This document shows positions 9,868 through 20,399 of a DNA stretch of 64,000 bases, piece by piece. Every line of letters begins with the position of its first letter. Within the stretch, counting starts at the first letter, position 1. Under the pieces are notes generated by a model that had not been told where the DNA came from, made no database searches, and worked only from the letters and a program-made list of their open reading frames with translations. Position numbers and translations under genes: made by a program. The DNA is taken from contig CAVUWV010000024.1 of the NCBI GenBank assembly GCA_963745075.1, positions 96,001 through 160,000 of the forward strand. The letters run 5' to 3'. The DNA is from Candidatus Hydrogenedentota bacterium. GTDB taxonomy: Bacteria; Hydrogenedentota; Hydrogenedentia; Hydrogenedentales; SLHB01.

Positions 9868-11394
9868 CTATCGTCGCTGCGTCTTCGTAAAGTCCATGTA
9901 ACGCGTCGAACCGACTTGGGATTCGTGGAGCGTGACCGAGTAGTCGCCATTCTTGGTATGGGCTTCGTAGGTTCGTGTTTCCACCGTCGGTGAGGGTGGG
10001 GCGTTGTCTGATTGCAACAGTTCGGTCAATACCCGGCCGTCCACACCGTCCGGCACCGGAACGCCGGCCAGCGCACAGATGGTTGGCATCATGTCAATGT
10101 TCCCCGTCGGCGTGTCGCTGACCTTACCTTGCTTGAATGCGGGCCCTGCAACGATCAGCGTGTTATGGATGTCAAAAGGACTGGAGGTCCCGTGGCCGGC
10201 CACGCCGGGCAAGTCGGTCGTTCCCTTCCATCCGTGCTCGTTTGCTGCGTCCGACCAGTTTGCGTCCACCAGAATGTCTGGCGCGCGATCGTGGTCGAAG
10301 TGGGCCAGTCCCAACGACAGTGTCCCGGGCACGCTGCCCTGGTCGCTGCTCGGTTCCTTTCCCCGCGTGAAAATGGCGCCCACCCAATCCGCGTGCTGCA
10401 AGACTTCGACAATGTTCTCGATGCGGCCCGCGTCGTGGTTTTCCACGTAGATACACCCGTCAACGACAATCACGTCCGTGGAACTCGCGCTGGCTTTCAA
10501 ACCCTTCTCCACCAGGAACGGCGCCAAACGAGTCTTGCCGGTATGCGTCGAGAATCCGTGATCGGACGTCACAATGATGTTGGTCTTGTCGAGAAGCTCC
10601 TCGTGCTCGAGCGCGCCCAGGATTCGCCCGATCTCCGAATCGACTGCCTTCAGCGCCTCGAGCGTCACCGGATCCCCGATCCCTTTGGCGTGCGCGGTAT
10701 GGTCCGGATCGGATAACCACATGGTTGTAACGTCCGGGTGAATCTTCTCCAGGCCAAGTTTCAGATACGCGTCGACGATCCAATGGTTCTGCTCCGCATT
10801 CGGGTATGCTTCCTCAGGCACGGGACCGAGGACCTCATCGATGTGCGCGTGCCGTGATTCAGGAAGCGTCAACTCCACGTTGATGATCCCCGCGCCTTTC
10901 GCGAGATTGTTCAACAGATACGCCGAGCCCGGCGAGCCGGAACTGACGGCGAGGAGCGTCTTGCCATTTTCTTCCAGGACTTCGCCCAGGGTCGGGCGCG
11001 TCACGAGCCGCTCATCGATGCCGTCGGCGATGCGCATGAGTTTGGTGGCGCTTCCGGTGCTCAAACCGCCGCTCGGTTCGACGCTGGGAAAATACACGGT
11101 ATTCCCCATGAGCCCGTGCTTGGCAGGGTAACAGCCCGTTGCGAGCGAGGTCGCATTCACCCGTGTGAGCGTGGGGAAGACGGAATGGTTGTTGGTGCAA
11201 ACGACGCCCCGTTGGCCCAGCGCGTACACGTTGGGCATGATTTCCGGCGTCACGTAGTCGGGCCGGCAGCCATCCAGCACGATTGTCAGCACGCGGTTTG
11301 CGCCGGGTGTTTGTGCGTTTGCCGGAGCGAATGCAAAATTCGAAACAGCGAGGAGTATTGCCGTAAGTACCGTGCGGCTCAGGAATCCATGCAT
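9868..11394 (-). CDS. Secreted alkaline phosphatase-superfamily (nucleotide pyrophosphatase/phosphodiesterase) protein
   Basis: LDGCRPD, FPTLTRVN (Thr nucleophile), DPDHTAH, TSDHGF, AGHG. Confidence 0.9.
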   Translation of the reverse strand: MHGFLSRTVLTAILLAVSNFAFAPANAQTPGANRVLTIVLDGCRPDYVTPEIMPNVYALGQRGVVCTNNHSVFPTLTRVNATSLATGCYPAKHGLMGNTVYFPSVEPSGGLSTGSATKLMRIADGIDERLVTRPTLGEVLEENGKTLLAVSSGSPGSAYLLNNLAKGAGIINVELTLPESRHAHIDEVLGPVPEEAYPNAEQNHWIVDAYLKLGLEKIHPDVTTMWLSDPDHTAHAKGIGDPVTLEALKAVDSEIGRILGALEHEELLDKTNIIVTSDHGFSTHTGKTRLAPFLVEKGLKASASSTDVIVVDGCIYVENHDAGRIENIVEVLQHADWVGAIFTRGKEPSSDQGSVPGTLSLGLAHFDHDRAPDILVDANWSDAANEHGWKGTTDLPGVAGHGTSSPFDIHNTLIVAGPAFKQGKVSDTPTGNIDMMPTICALAGVPVPDGVDGRVLTELLQSDNAPPSPTVETRTYEAHTKNGDYSVTLHESQVGSTRYMDFTKTQRR

Positions 11395-11434
11395 GGTCGC
11401 CTATCTCCCAGACCCCTGCGCCGCGCGAACGACC

Positions 11435-11872
11435 CTACACGCGCAGGTGGTCGGCTTGCCAATCCTTAACCAGCTTCTTGATGTCGTCCGATTTGGTGAG
11501 CTTTTCGTCAAGCGCTTTGCGTACAAGGTCCGGCAGTTCCGCGTCGGAGGCAAATCGCAATCCAATCAACTGCGGAAGGGTCAGCGTTGGGATCTTCCCC
11601 GCCAACTCGGCCGGCAGCACGCGTTCGAGCCGAAGTCGCATCTCCAGTCGAATGACCCGATCCTGCACGCGGACCGAGTACATACGCATGCGAAACATAA
11701 TGCCGAGGACGGCGAATACGATCAACAATGTGGCCAAGAGCGAAAAGATGGGACCAAAGGAAACAGAAACGATCGACAAAAGGGCCGCCACGAGAAGCAT
11801 CACGGTAATCACATAGAGGCTCTTATCAACGGACTTGTGGTTTACGTAGTTCTGTGTGGTCTGCTCGGCCAT
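11435..11872 (-). CDS. DUF6526-like membrane protein
   Basis: QNYVNH, two TM helices, VQDRVIRLEMRLR, LRFASDAEL, W.AD.LRV; RBS aaggaacggag. Confidence 0.8.
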   Translation of the reverse strand: MAEQTTQNYVNHKSVDKSLYVITVMLLVAALLSIVSVSFGPIFSLLATLLIVFAVLGIMFRMRMYSVRVQDRVIRLEMRLRLERVLPAELAGKIPTLTLPQLIGLRFASDAELPDLVRKALDEKLTKSDDIKKLVKDWQADHLRV

Positions 11873-11898
11873 GGTTCTCCGTTCCTTCTCGGTTTTGA

Positions 11899-13023
11899 TT
11901 ACCCTGCGTCAAGCGGCTGCACCGGCTCCTCGAAATAGTGATGAAAGCGACGGGGAAGACGATGATAGTGGTCGTCGGCCATCGCGCTCCACGGATCGCG
12001 CGAGTTGTACGTATCCCAGAACAAGACGGACTTCCCGTCCAAGTCGCCGCGGCGCGCATCGTGAACCAACGCGGCCAACGCCTTCCCAGAGTAAGTTCCA
12101 TCCAAGCGAATATCTTCAGTATCCCGCAACAGCCGGATGGCCGCCATTCCTTCCTCAGTGTACAAGGCATACTGCGTCCCAAAGAAATCCTCCCGCAGGC
12201 TGTATTCCGCGAACGACCGTTCGCATGTCGGAAAAGCCGGATCGGAGGACCGCAGAAATCGCACGGTTTCCATGGCCAGATTCCGCATTCGCTCCGGATT
12301 CGCCAGTTCCGGGTCGATCACCCGAACCGGAATCACACGCGTGTCCAACCCCGCTGCTTCCAGGCCGATCGTAAGCCCTACGGCGGTCCCCATGCTGCCG
12401 ACGGCAACATAGATCGCATCCGGCTTCTCCATAGCGGCCTCGGCAATTTGATCGCGCAATTCGAACGCCGCGTTTACGATACCGGCGACACCCAGTGGCG
12501 AGGAACCGCCCGGCGGTATAAGCATCGGCTTACGTCCGGCGCGCAGCCAGTGGCGCACGACTTGATGGATCGTCCCCGCCGTCAGCAGTCTTCGGTTCGC
12601 GTATTCGTGCAATTCCGCACCGCAATGATGCCCCAGCAGCAAATTCCTCCGCAACGACCGCGAATTGGGTTGCGGGAGAAACATCGAGATGCTGCGGAGA
12701 CCGACTTCGCGCGCGTAAATTGCCGTCGCCAAGGCGTGGTTCGAGCCCGTAAACCCGAACGTCAGGACTTCCTTTACACCGTCTCGAAGCGCCTTGCCGA
12801 GCAGGAACTCCAGTTTGCGCACCTTGTTGCCGCCATACGTGCGACCGCTTAGATCGTCCCGCTTGATGTCGAAGCGATCCAATCCAAGCATATTGCCGAG
12901 ATTATGACATTGGGAAATGGGGGTTGGAAACTCGCCCAGCGGGACGTGGGGAAGGTGATTCTCCAACTCGGGATATTCTCGAAACAGAGGCAGGCGTGAA
13001 CGACTGTCGACGCGCGTGGCCAT
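11899..13023 (-). CDS. PLP-dependent D-cysteine desulfhydrase/ACC deaminase family protein
   Basis: PTPI, KRDDLSG..GGNKVRKLEFL, SNHA, GSMGT, LDGTYSGKA. Confidence 0.88.
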   Translation of the reverse strand: MATRVDSRSRLPLFREYPELENHLPHVPLGEFPTPISQCHNLGNMLGLDRFDIKRDDLSGRTYGGNKVRKLEFLLGKALRDGVKEVLTFGFTGSNHALATAIYAREVGLRSISMFLPQPNSRSLRRNLLLGHHCGAELHEYANRRLLTAGTIHQVVRHWLRAGRKPMLIPPGGSSPLGVAGIVNAAFELRDQIAEAAMEKPDAIYVAVGSMGTAVGLTIGLEAAGLDTRVIPVRVIDPELANPERMRNLAMETVRFLRSSDPAFPTCERSFAEYSLREDFFGTQYALYTEEGMAAIRLLRDTEDIRLDGTYSGKALAALVHDARRGDLDGKSVLFWDTYNSRDPWSAMADDHYHRLPRRFHHYFEEPVQPLDAG

Positions 13024-13040
13024 ACCGCCGCAACGACGGA

Positions 13041-13667
13041 CTATCCGTTGTCCTGGAAGAAGGACCGCACCCGGGACCAAACATACCAGGAAATGGCCCG
13101 CGCATCTTTCGGATCGACTTCGGAGAAACGCACGCCAATCCGGTGAATCCCCGTTCCGGGTTCCTTCTCCTCCGAGTGCACGATCTCGCCACACACCCGC
13201 AACTCGGGATCTTCCGTCATCTCTAAACTTACCCGCGACCGCCCGTTCTGCCCAATCGGTCCCGTCGTTTCAATATAGGCGCCGTTGGTGCTGAGATTGA
13301 GAAGTCTGCCGATTACGGGGGTCGGAAGCCCGTTCGCCTGGACAGTCAACGCGATATCGGTAGGCACGCGCAGCCTCGTTCGCAACTCTTCCCGGTTCAG
13401 ATTCGCCGCGCGCAACAGGACGATTTCGTGCAACGACTCCGGCGACGCAGTAAGGACGCGCGCATAGTAGCCGGCCACGCCTTTTGATTCCGCTTTGTCA
13501 AACTCCAAAACGACGCCGGCGCCGTCGCGAGGCACTTCCGGCACGACACAGTGGCATCGCACCACCCGCTCCCGGACATCCAGGATCTCGGCCGGATAAC
13601 GGTCTTTACCCACACGAACGTAGCCCTGGCTACCCTTACGGATATGTCCGGACAAGGATTGGGACAT
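13041..13667 (-). CDS. PilZ-domain (c-di-GMP-binding) protein; alternative start 13688
   Basis: R.RLR (RxxxR) and NLSTNG (D/NxSxxG) motifs, IGVRF. Confidence 0.8.
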   Translation of the reverse strand: MSQSLSGHIRKGSQGYVRVGKDRYPAEILDVRERVVRCHCVVPEVPRDGAGVVLEFDKAESKGVAGYYARVLTASPESLHEIVLLRAANLNREELRTRLRVPTDIALTVQANGLPTPVIGRLLNLSTNGAYIETTGPIGQNGRSRVSLEMTEDPELRVCGEIVHSEEKEPGTGIHRIGVRFSEVDPKDARAISWYVWSRVRSFFQDNG

Positions 13668-14171
13668 GGTTTGCTCGATTTCGATCATTCCGAATGTTTC
13701 ACACTCTCCGCATAGCCTACCACGACTTGCCGTCAAAACTCCAGTAAATGTCGAAAGTCCTTTTGCCCTCGCTCCGGAGGCCGGTTTACTGTCATTTCTC
13801 CAACTTCTCCAACTCCCGGTTTGTGCTCGGACAAGTCCGTGTCCAGAAACGCACGGTTTTCCGGCAACAACATTTCTAGGCCTGTGACACGATCGATCTG
13901 CACCACAAGTTCGCTGCTCGTGAACGACAAGACGTGACCCCCTTGTGTGCGCAACCCGAAATCGCAATCGGGGTTGCCAGTAGTACACAGAGGATCTCCG
14001 CTCTTGTCATGTAAAGTCTTTCCTGCGTTGGGTTTGACTGCCTACCGTCGTCGTGAGTGTAACCAACCCTTGCGCAGCGACGCAACGGAGGCCGCTTGTC
14101 CTATCCTGCCGCGCGGCGTTATCATGTATACGGGTCCGCGCGAGGTTCGTCCTTGCGAAGAAGGATTTGAA

Positions 14172-14909
14172 GTGGTGACAGCAGTCCAGCGCGTCGGATA
14201 CGTCGTATCCGATTTACATATGTTTTCCAAGCGGTCGACGTGGGCCGATCATCTCGATGACATGTACCAGGCCGCTGCCGATGCGGATGTGTTCATTCTC
14301 GCCGGAGATACCTTCGATTTCCGCTGGACGACCCTGGGTTCCATCGACGCGACCGTCGATGCGGCCATTGCCTGGCTCCGGGATTTCGTCGATAAATTTC
14401 CTACCTGCCACTTCCACTTCATTCTCGGAAACCACGATAACCTGCAAGTCTTTATCGAGGCCCTCTCCGAACTCGCCGCCGTCACGGAAAACCTCTCCTG
14501 GCACCCGTATTACCTCAAGATTGGGGACAGCGTCTTCATTCATGGTGATGTCTCGGACCGTAAGATGGACGCGGACGACCTGGAACAGGCGCGCGACGAA
14601 TGGCGCTATGACGAAAAGACTCGCCATCCCATTCTGCACCACCTCTACGACTGGGCCTTGAACGTCAATCTCCATCGTGGGGCCCAGGCCGTTCGGTATC
14701 CGAAGAAACTTGTCGCCCGCCGCGTGATTGCCTATCTGGAAGACGTCGGGTTAGGCACGCTGAACGGCACGCGACACGTCTACTTCGGCCACACCCACGA
14801 AGCCATGTCGAATTACCGCTACCGCGGCCTCGTGTTTCACAACGCCGGCTCCCCCATGAAAGGCCTCGAGTTCAACATCCTCCGCGTCGAACTTGATGAA
14901 GACGTTTAG
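14172..14909 (+). CDS. Calcineurin-like metallophosphoesterase (LpxH-like)
   Basis: SDLH, GDTFD, GNHD, IHGD, FGHTH motifs; RBS aagga before GTG. Confidence 0.85.
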   Translation: MVTAVQRVGYVVSDLHMFSKRSTWADHLDDMYQAAADADVFILAGDTFDFRWTTLGSIDATVDAAIAWLRDFVDKFPTCHFHFILGNHDNLQVFIEALSELAAVTENLSWHPYYLKIGDSVFIHGDVSDRKMDADDLEQARDEWRYDEKTRHPILHHLYDWALNVNLHRGAQAVRYPKKLVARRVIAYLEDVGLGTLNGTRHVYFGHTHEAMSNYRYRGLVFHNAGSPMKGLEFNILRVELDEDV

Positions 14910-14967
14910 AATCTCTGCAGACCGATGATAGGACGTCCGTGTCGGTCCGTGCGCGCCCGTGCAAGTC

Positions 14968-15789
14968 TTACTTCGTCCTGCCGCGACTATTCCCCTTCGT
15001 TCGCCCTCTTGGTTTCGCTTTGGGTTTCGCGCGCGCCCACCCCTTCGGCTTTTCCTTCCGCTTGGGTTTGGGAACGGGCTGGCTCGTCTTCGGCGGTTTT
15101 CGATCGCCCTTTTTCATGATGAAGAGGTAATTGAACCCGCGCAAGAAGTAGTTGCCTTGGACGGCCTCGGTATGCCAATGCCGCCGCTTCATCGTCCGGT
15201 TGTGGCGGACCACACAGACGACGTCCACCGGCTCAAAGTACTGCTCCAACATGGCAAACAGCCGGAACCCGATCGGTTGGAAGGGCTGCTTCTTCTTCCA
15301 CGAGTCGCTCACGTAAAGCCCCACGTACCGGCGGGGGCGCAGCACCCGATGCATTTCCCGAATCACCGCGCGCATGGCTTCGTAGTACTCGCCCGTCGCC
15401 GCGTCCAACTTGCCGATGCAGGCCGGATCGTCGGAATACTCGAGATGGGTGGAGTAGGGGGGATCGACGAAGACGAAATCCGCTTTCTCCGTCTCCAGCG
15501 GCAACTTTCGCGCGTCCGCGCGGAAGATGTCCTCGCGAACCGGCGCGATATCGTACCCCAACGCACGCCGGTTCAGATCGCGCGCCACGTCGAGTGTCGT
15601 CCCGCTGCCGCACATCGGATCGACCACGAGGTCCTTCTCCCGCGTATACCGCTGTAAGAGATTCCAGATCACAAACGAGGGCGTGGCCCCCACATAGGCC
15701 TGGTCCCCCTGCATCGTGTCGCCGTAATGCTGCGACGGATACTCCCACAACGTCGTGGTTTGAATTGTCAGCGAAGGTTTCTTGTGCAT
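14968..15789 (-). CDS. Orphan SAM-dependent amino-methyltransferase (N4-C/N6-A DNA or Trm11-like RNA MTase) with basic C-terminal tail
   Basis: VDPMCGSGTT (motif I) and VDPPY (motif IV). Confidence 0.82.
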   Translation of the reverse strand: MHKKPSLTIQTTTLWEYPSQHYGDTMQGDQAYVGATPSFVIWNLLQRYTREKDLVVDPMCGSGTTLDVARDLNRRALGYDIAPVREDIFRADARKLPLETEKADFVFVDPPYSTHLEYSDDPACIGKLDAATGEYYEAMRAVIREMHRVLRPRRYVGLYVSDSWKKKQPFQPIGFRLFAMLEQYFEPVDVVCVVRHNRTMKRRHWHTEAVQGNYFLRGFNYLFIMKKGDRKPPKTSQPVPKPKRKEKPKGWARAKPKAKPRGRTKGNSRGRTK

Positions 15790-15844
15790 CGGGGGATCAT
15801 AGCACCTGCGCATGGTCCACTACGACGAAAAATATCTGGCTCAT

Positions 15845-15866
15845 GTAGCGCAGATGTCCCGCCTGC
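15845..15866. repeat. Second GTAG-family REP-like copy
   Basis: gtagcgcagatgtcccgcctgc matches 683-704 at 20/22 positions. Confidence 0.6.
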
Positions 15867-15869
15867 AAC

Positions 15870-16931
15870 CTATAGTTTCAGCCTGACCTCTTTCCCTTTC
15901 TTCGCGCTCTCATAAATCGCATCCAGAATGCCAATCACCTGCAACGACTGCTCCGCCGGCACCGGCGACGGCTTTCCCTTCGCCACGGCTTCCGCAAACG
16001 CCATACACTCCAACATGTGCGCTTCACCCGTTCCCGCGCTGCGCAGCGTGATGTCCATGTGCTGACGCGTCTTGTTGCTCGTCACCTGGATCGTGTTGTT
16101 CGGCCAGTGGGCGCCGCCCTTGTCGCCGTACAACCACATCTGCATGTCCTCATCCGTGGGATCGAAGGGATGATTCAAAAGCCAGCTGACCTCCAGCACC
16201 AGCGACGCGCCGTTCGCGAACCGCACAAACGCCGCCGCGCACTCTTCCACGTTCCAGGTCTTGGGAATCCGGTCGCCCCAATCGCTGTATGCCCCCGGCA
16301 ATTTGCGCAACCGGTCATGCGTCGTTCCCGATACCGTGACCGGTTTCGGATTACCCATCATCCACAACGTCAGGTCGAGGATATGCGTGCCGATATCGAT
16401 GCACGGTCCGCCGCCCGCGTGTCGTTTCTCCACCAGCCCCGGCCGCGTCGGCGCACCCGACCGCCGCAACATCCAGCTTCGCGCGTGATACACGTTGCCG
16501 AGAATGCCCTGGTCGATCTCCGCCTTCAACGCCCGCGACGCGCCTTCAAACCGGAAATGCTGCGCCGTCATAAGCAGCTTCTTCGCCTTGTCCCGCGCCG
16601 CGATCATTTTGCGGATGTCGCCCGGCCTAGGCGCCAGCGGCTTCTCACAGATCACATGTTTGCCCGCGTTCAATGCCGCAATCGACAGCGGCGCGTGGTA
16701 CATGTTCGGCGTGCAGATATCGATGATGTCGATATCCTTGTCGCGAAAAAGATCCGCCGGCTTCGTATACAACCGGGTGACCCCTTCGCGCTGCCCGACC
16801 TCCTTCAAAATCTTCGGCGAAACGTCCGCCAACGCCACCAACTCCGTGTACGGGCTCTCCTTCCACCCCGGAAAATGCCGGCACGCAATCCCGCCGACCC
16901 CAATCAATCCAACTCTCAACGTCTTGGCCAT
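15870..16931 (-). CDS. Cytoplasmic Gfo/Idh/MocA oxidoreductase
   Basis: GLIGVGGIA, ICTPNMYH, ICEKP, GGG..IDIGTH. Confidence 0.92.
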   Translation of the reverse strand: MAKTLRVGLIGVGGIACRHFPGWKESPYTELVALADVSPKILKEVGQREGVTRLYTKPADLFRDKDIDIIDICTPNMYHAPLSIAALNAGKHVICEKPLAPRPGDIRKMIAARDKAKKLLMTAQHFRFEGASRALKAEIDQGILGNVYHARSWMLRRSGAPTRPGLVEKRHAGGGPCIDIGTHILDLTLWMMGNPKPVTVSGTTHDRLRKLPGAYSDWGDRIPKTWNVEECAAAFVRFANGASLVLEVSWLLNHPFDPTDEDMQMWLYGDKGGAHWPNNTIQVTSNKTRQHMDITLRSAGTGEAHMLECMAFAEAVAKGKPSPVPAEQSLQVIGILDAIYESAKKGKEVRLKL

Positions 16932-17024
16932 ACCACACCACGTCCTTTCTAGCTTGAAAATGGATTCCCCAATCGCAGAGACGCGATCATCGTGGAGAAT
17001 CGCGGGGATTTCAAGCAGGAATTG

Positions 17025-17053
17025 TTGACGCCCCTTTGCAACCCTACTATAGT
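17025..17053 (+). promoter_or_regulatory. Sigma70-type promoter TTGACG-N17-TATAGT
   Basis: Near-consensus boxes with 17-nt spacer, ~55 nt upstream of the DUF4870 gene. Confidence 0.7.
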
Positions 17054-17108
17054 GAGAACAGGATGGCCTTGCTCTTAATCACGGGCGAGTTGTGGGAAAG
17101 GAGTGCAC

Positions 17109-17462
17109 ATGGCGGAAATCGATCAAAGTCAGGCCCGGACCTGGGCGATGTTGGCACACCTATCGACGCTCTGCGCTTTTGTCGGTGTACCGTTCGGACA
17201 TATTCTAGGACCACTCATTGTCTGGCTGGTCAAGAAGGACGAGTTTCCCTTCGTCGATGACCAGGGCAAGGAGGCGTTGAATTTCCAGATTTCCTTGACC
17301 ATCTATGGGATAGTCTCCGGCATCCTCTGTATCGTGCTAATCGGTTTTGTGTTTCTTCTTGTTCTGTTCATCATGGATCTGGTCTTGACGATCATGGCCG
17401 CCGTCGCCGCGAACCGTGGCGAGTACTACCGGTATCCCCTGACCATACGGTTTATCTCCTGA
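17109..17462 (+). CDS. DUF4870 membrane protein
   Basis: WAMLAHLS, GPLIVWL, QGKEALNFQI, YRYPLTIRF; RBS aaggag. Confidence 0.9.
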   Translation: MAEIDQSQARTWAMLAHLSTLCAFVGVPFGHILGPLIVWLVKKDEFPFVDDQGKEALNFQISLTIYGIVSGILCIVLIGFVFLLVLFIMDLVLTIMAAVAANRGEYYRYPLTIRFIS

Positions 17463-17463
17463 G

Positions 17464-18234
17464 ATGCTCCTGAAACTCATAGCTTGCGAAGTTTTCACCC
17501 GCGAAATCTGTCACTGCGTCGCGACGAGCCCCCACGTGATCGATCTCGAATTCACGCCCAAAGGCGCTCACAACGAACCAGCCTACTTACGCAACCTGCT
17601 CCAGAAAAGCATCGACGCCGCCAACGCGTCCGAAAAGGACTACGACGCCATCGTCCTGGGTCTTGGATTGTGTGGCAACGCGACCGTCGGGCTCGTGAGT
17701 CACGGGGCCCCGCTGGTCATTCCCCGCGCCCACGACTGCTGCACGCTCTTCCTGGGCTCGAAACAGCGGCAACAGGAGCATTTCGGCGATTCCCCGAGCC
17801 AGGCCTTTAGTTCGGCCGGGTATCTCGAACACGGCGGCGATTTCGTGCGCGAAGCGGAAGGGGTGAAGCAACAGTCCGGGTTTGACGTGCCGTTCGAAGC
17901 TTTCGTCGAGCAGTACGGCGAAGAAAACGCCAAGTATCTCTGGGAAACGCTCCATCCCAACTATCCTCAAGACGGCCACGTGGTGTTCATCGAGGTGCCC
18001 GAGTTCAAGCATTTGGGGTACGCCGAAGAATGCCGGCGCAAAGCCGAAGCGGAGGGCAAGAAGTTCGTCGTCCTTGAAGGCTCCATGGATCTGGTGCGCA
18101 AGATGGTGGACGGCGATTGGAACCACGGCGACTTCCTTGTCCTCCAACCCGGCGAGGCGATTGCTGCCGTCTACGATCACGATGAGGTCATCCGAGCGGC
18201 GAAGCCCGACCCCGGCGAGACTCCCGGAGAATAG
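17464..18234 (+). CDS. DUF1638 domain protein
   Basis: LIACEVF, LGLGLCGN, PRAHDCC.LFLGS, YGEENA.YL. Confidence 0.85.
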   Translation: MLLKLIACEVFTREICHCVATSPHVIDLEFTPKGAHNEPAYLRNLLQKSIDAANASEKDYDAIVLGLGLCGNATVGLVSHGAPLVIPRAHDCCTLFLGSKQRQQEHFGDSPSQAFSSAGYLEHGGDFVREAEGVKQQSGFDVPFEAFVEQYGEENAKYLWETLHPNYPQDGHVVFIEVPEFKHLGYAEECRRKAEAEGKKFVVLEGSMDLVRKMVDGDWNHGDFLVLQPGEAIAAVYDHDEVIRAAKPDPGETPGE

Positions 18235-18299
18235 TCCGTCGGTTTGAAGAATTTTTTGCGCCCGCCTGACACTTTCTTGACAAGTTCACTCGCGATCCA

Positions 18300-18353
18300 G
18301 TCCATACTGTCCATATAGTCCATATAGTCCATATAGTCCATACCGTCCATCGA
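18300..18353. repeat. 9-bp tandem array gtccatata (6 units)
   Basis: Three exact gtccatata units plus three variants, intergenic. Confidence 0.85.
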
Positions 18354-18396
18354 ACCCCAAAATACTTCGCATGGACCAATCACAGGAGGTAGGACA

Positions 18397-20108
18397 ATGC
18401 ACGCACTGGATTGGCGGTTGCACGGGATCTCGGTCGCTGCGCTCTGCGGCCTTTTGCTCTTTGTCTCTGCGGCCCTCGCACAGGAACCTTTCACCCCGGA
18501 CGCACCCGTCGCCGTCGAAAAAGTCGCCCTATTCAAGAACGGTCTCGGTTACTTCAACGCGTCCGCCGTGTTGCCCGACGGCGCAACGTCCGTCCGTCTC
18601 GGACAACTCCCCGTCCCCGCCTACGGAACGTTTTGGGTAGGCTACCCCGAAGACGTGAAACTGCAATCCCTCATCACGGGGATGGAAGAATACGACGAGC
18701 ACCAGACCGCGCAGTCCATCGCCGACATGTTGCGCGCCAACGCTGGGAAGCACGTCACACTACGGCTCGCGAACGAAGGGGCTGAGTTAATACAAGGCGT
18801 CCTCCTCGTACCCGACCGTGACGCGAATCCTTTCCCGGAGAATAATCCCTACTTCATGGGTGGCCGGCCGCCGACGCCGCAGAACGCGCCGTATGTGCCC
18901 AATCCAGGTTCCGGCAGCTTGATCCTGGTCCAGACGGACAAGGCAACCTTCGCGGTCAATCCCAATTCCGTAATAAGCGCGTCGTTCGACGGGGCCGACG
19001 CTGCTACGGACGTGCCAATCCATCGCAAACGCCCGGCCATCCGCGCGGAATTGGCCGAACCCGCCGCCGGACAAAAGGTGTCCGTGAGCTACCTGGCCCG
19101 CGGCATCACCTGGTCGCCCGCCTACCTTATTGATCTCTCCGAGCCGGAGACCGCGCATCTCAGCGCGCGGGCGCTGGTCATCAACGAAGTCGCCGACCTC
19201 GATAACGTCGAACTGGAACTCATCACGGGGTTCCCCAATATAAGATTCAGTGACGTCGTCAGCCCCGTCGCCCAAAGCCAGCGCCTTGCAGATTTCCTGC
19301 AAGCGCTCGTCAACGGGGCCAGCACCTCGGACGGCGGTCGCAACGTCATGGTGCAGCAAGCGATCGTATCAAATGGTGCTTTCTTCTTTGACTCCTCTAA
19401 CGCCGTCCCGCTGCCCTCGTATTCGACTGCGGCACAAGGCACCGTTTCGGAGGATCTATTCCTCTACCCGGTGAACCGTCTCACGCTGAAACAGGGCGAG
19501 ACCGCCTGGATCCCACTCTTCACCGTCGACGTGCCCTACGAACACATCTATACGTGGAGAATCGATGATTTCCTCGACGCGGAAGGCCGGTACCGCAACC
19601 AACCGGAATCGCCGCGAACGGTGCGATGGCGGAAGAGGTCTGGCATTCGTGCCGCATTACGAATACCCTGGACATGCCGCTCACCACCGCCTCCGCCGAA
19701 TTCGTCACCAAGGGCGCCTTTACCGGCCAGGATATCTGTTACTACACCGCGCCCGGCGCCAAAACGACCATCCATATCAATCGCGCCATGAATGTGGTCG
19801 CGGAACAGACGGAAACCGAGGTGGACCGCACGATGAACGCCTCAAATTTTCACGGCTACGCCTACGACCTCGTGACGCTCCACGGCGACCTTCGCGTCCG
19901 CAACCGGCAGGACAAGTCCGTGAACCTCGAAATCACGAAGGAACTCTCCGGCAAAGTCCTGCAAAGTGCCCCGACTGCCAAGGATGTGCAGACCGGGAAA
20001 GGCCTGAAGCAAACCAACCCCAAACACGTCCTGACCTGGGAAATCGAATTGACCGGCGGCGAAGAAACGAACCTCTCGTACGACTACCAAGTCTACGTAC
20101 GCAAGTAG
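18397..20108 (+). CDS. Secreted DUF4139/DUF4140-like protein, frameshifted near 19612
   Basis: Signal peptide; VALFKNGLGYF, SYLARGITWSPAY; continuation frame EEVWHSCRITN...LTWEIEL..GEE..LSYDY. Confidence 0.78.
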
Positions 20109-20143
20109 GCGTCCATCTCCCCCGGAGGGAAGCTGTATCGTGG

Positions 20144-20278
20144 CCCACTGGGAGCGCCAGGCTCCAGCCTGGCGGGGTTCGGAGCGTACACCCGCCACGA
20201 ATCTTCAACGGTGATTGCGTAGCCTCGATGAACTCGCGCGGAAACTTTTCCAGGCTGGAGCCTGGCGCTCCCAGTGGG
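20144..20278. repeat. REPIN/MITE-like unit with perfect 29-bp inverted repeats
   Basis: cccactgggagcgccaggctccagcctgg (20144-20172) and its exact reverse complement (20250-20278); related single copy at 21069-21098. Confidence 0.85.
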
Positions 20279-20399
20279 GCTCGCTCCCCTTGACAGTCTA
20301 AGCGCGATCGCCCTGTCACCCGGATTCGAATCCCGGCGCGCCCTCCGGTAAAATGTAGCTCATACCGCAAGGCAAATGCCCAACGAAGGAGGACGACCG

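Noticed and set aside
14968..15789. Restriction-modification or other defence system
   Set aside because: No endonuclease, specificity subunit or other defence gene nearby
18300..18353. Possible CRISPR array
   Set aside because: 9-bp tandem units without unique spacers, and no cas genes in the window
20285..20350. tRNA T-arm-like string cccggattcgaatcccgg
   Set aside because: No acceptor stem, D-arm or anticodon arm could be built and the GTTC is imperfect; not called as a tRNA or att site
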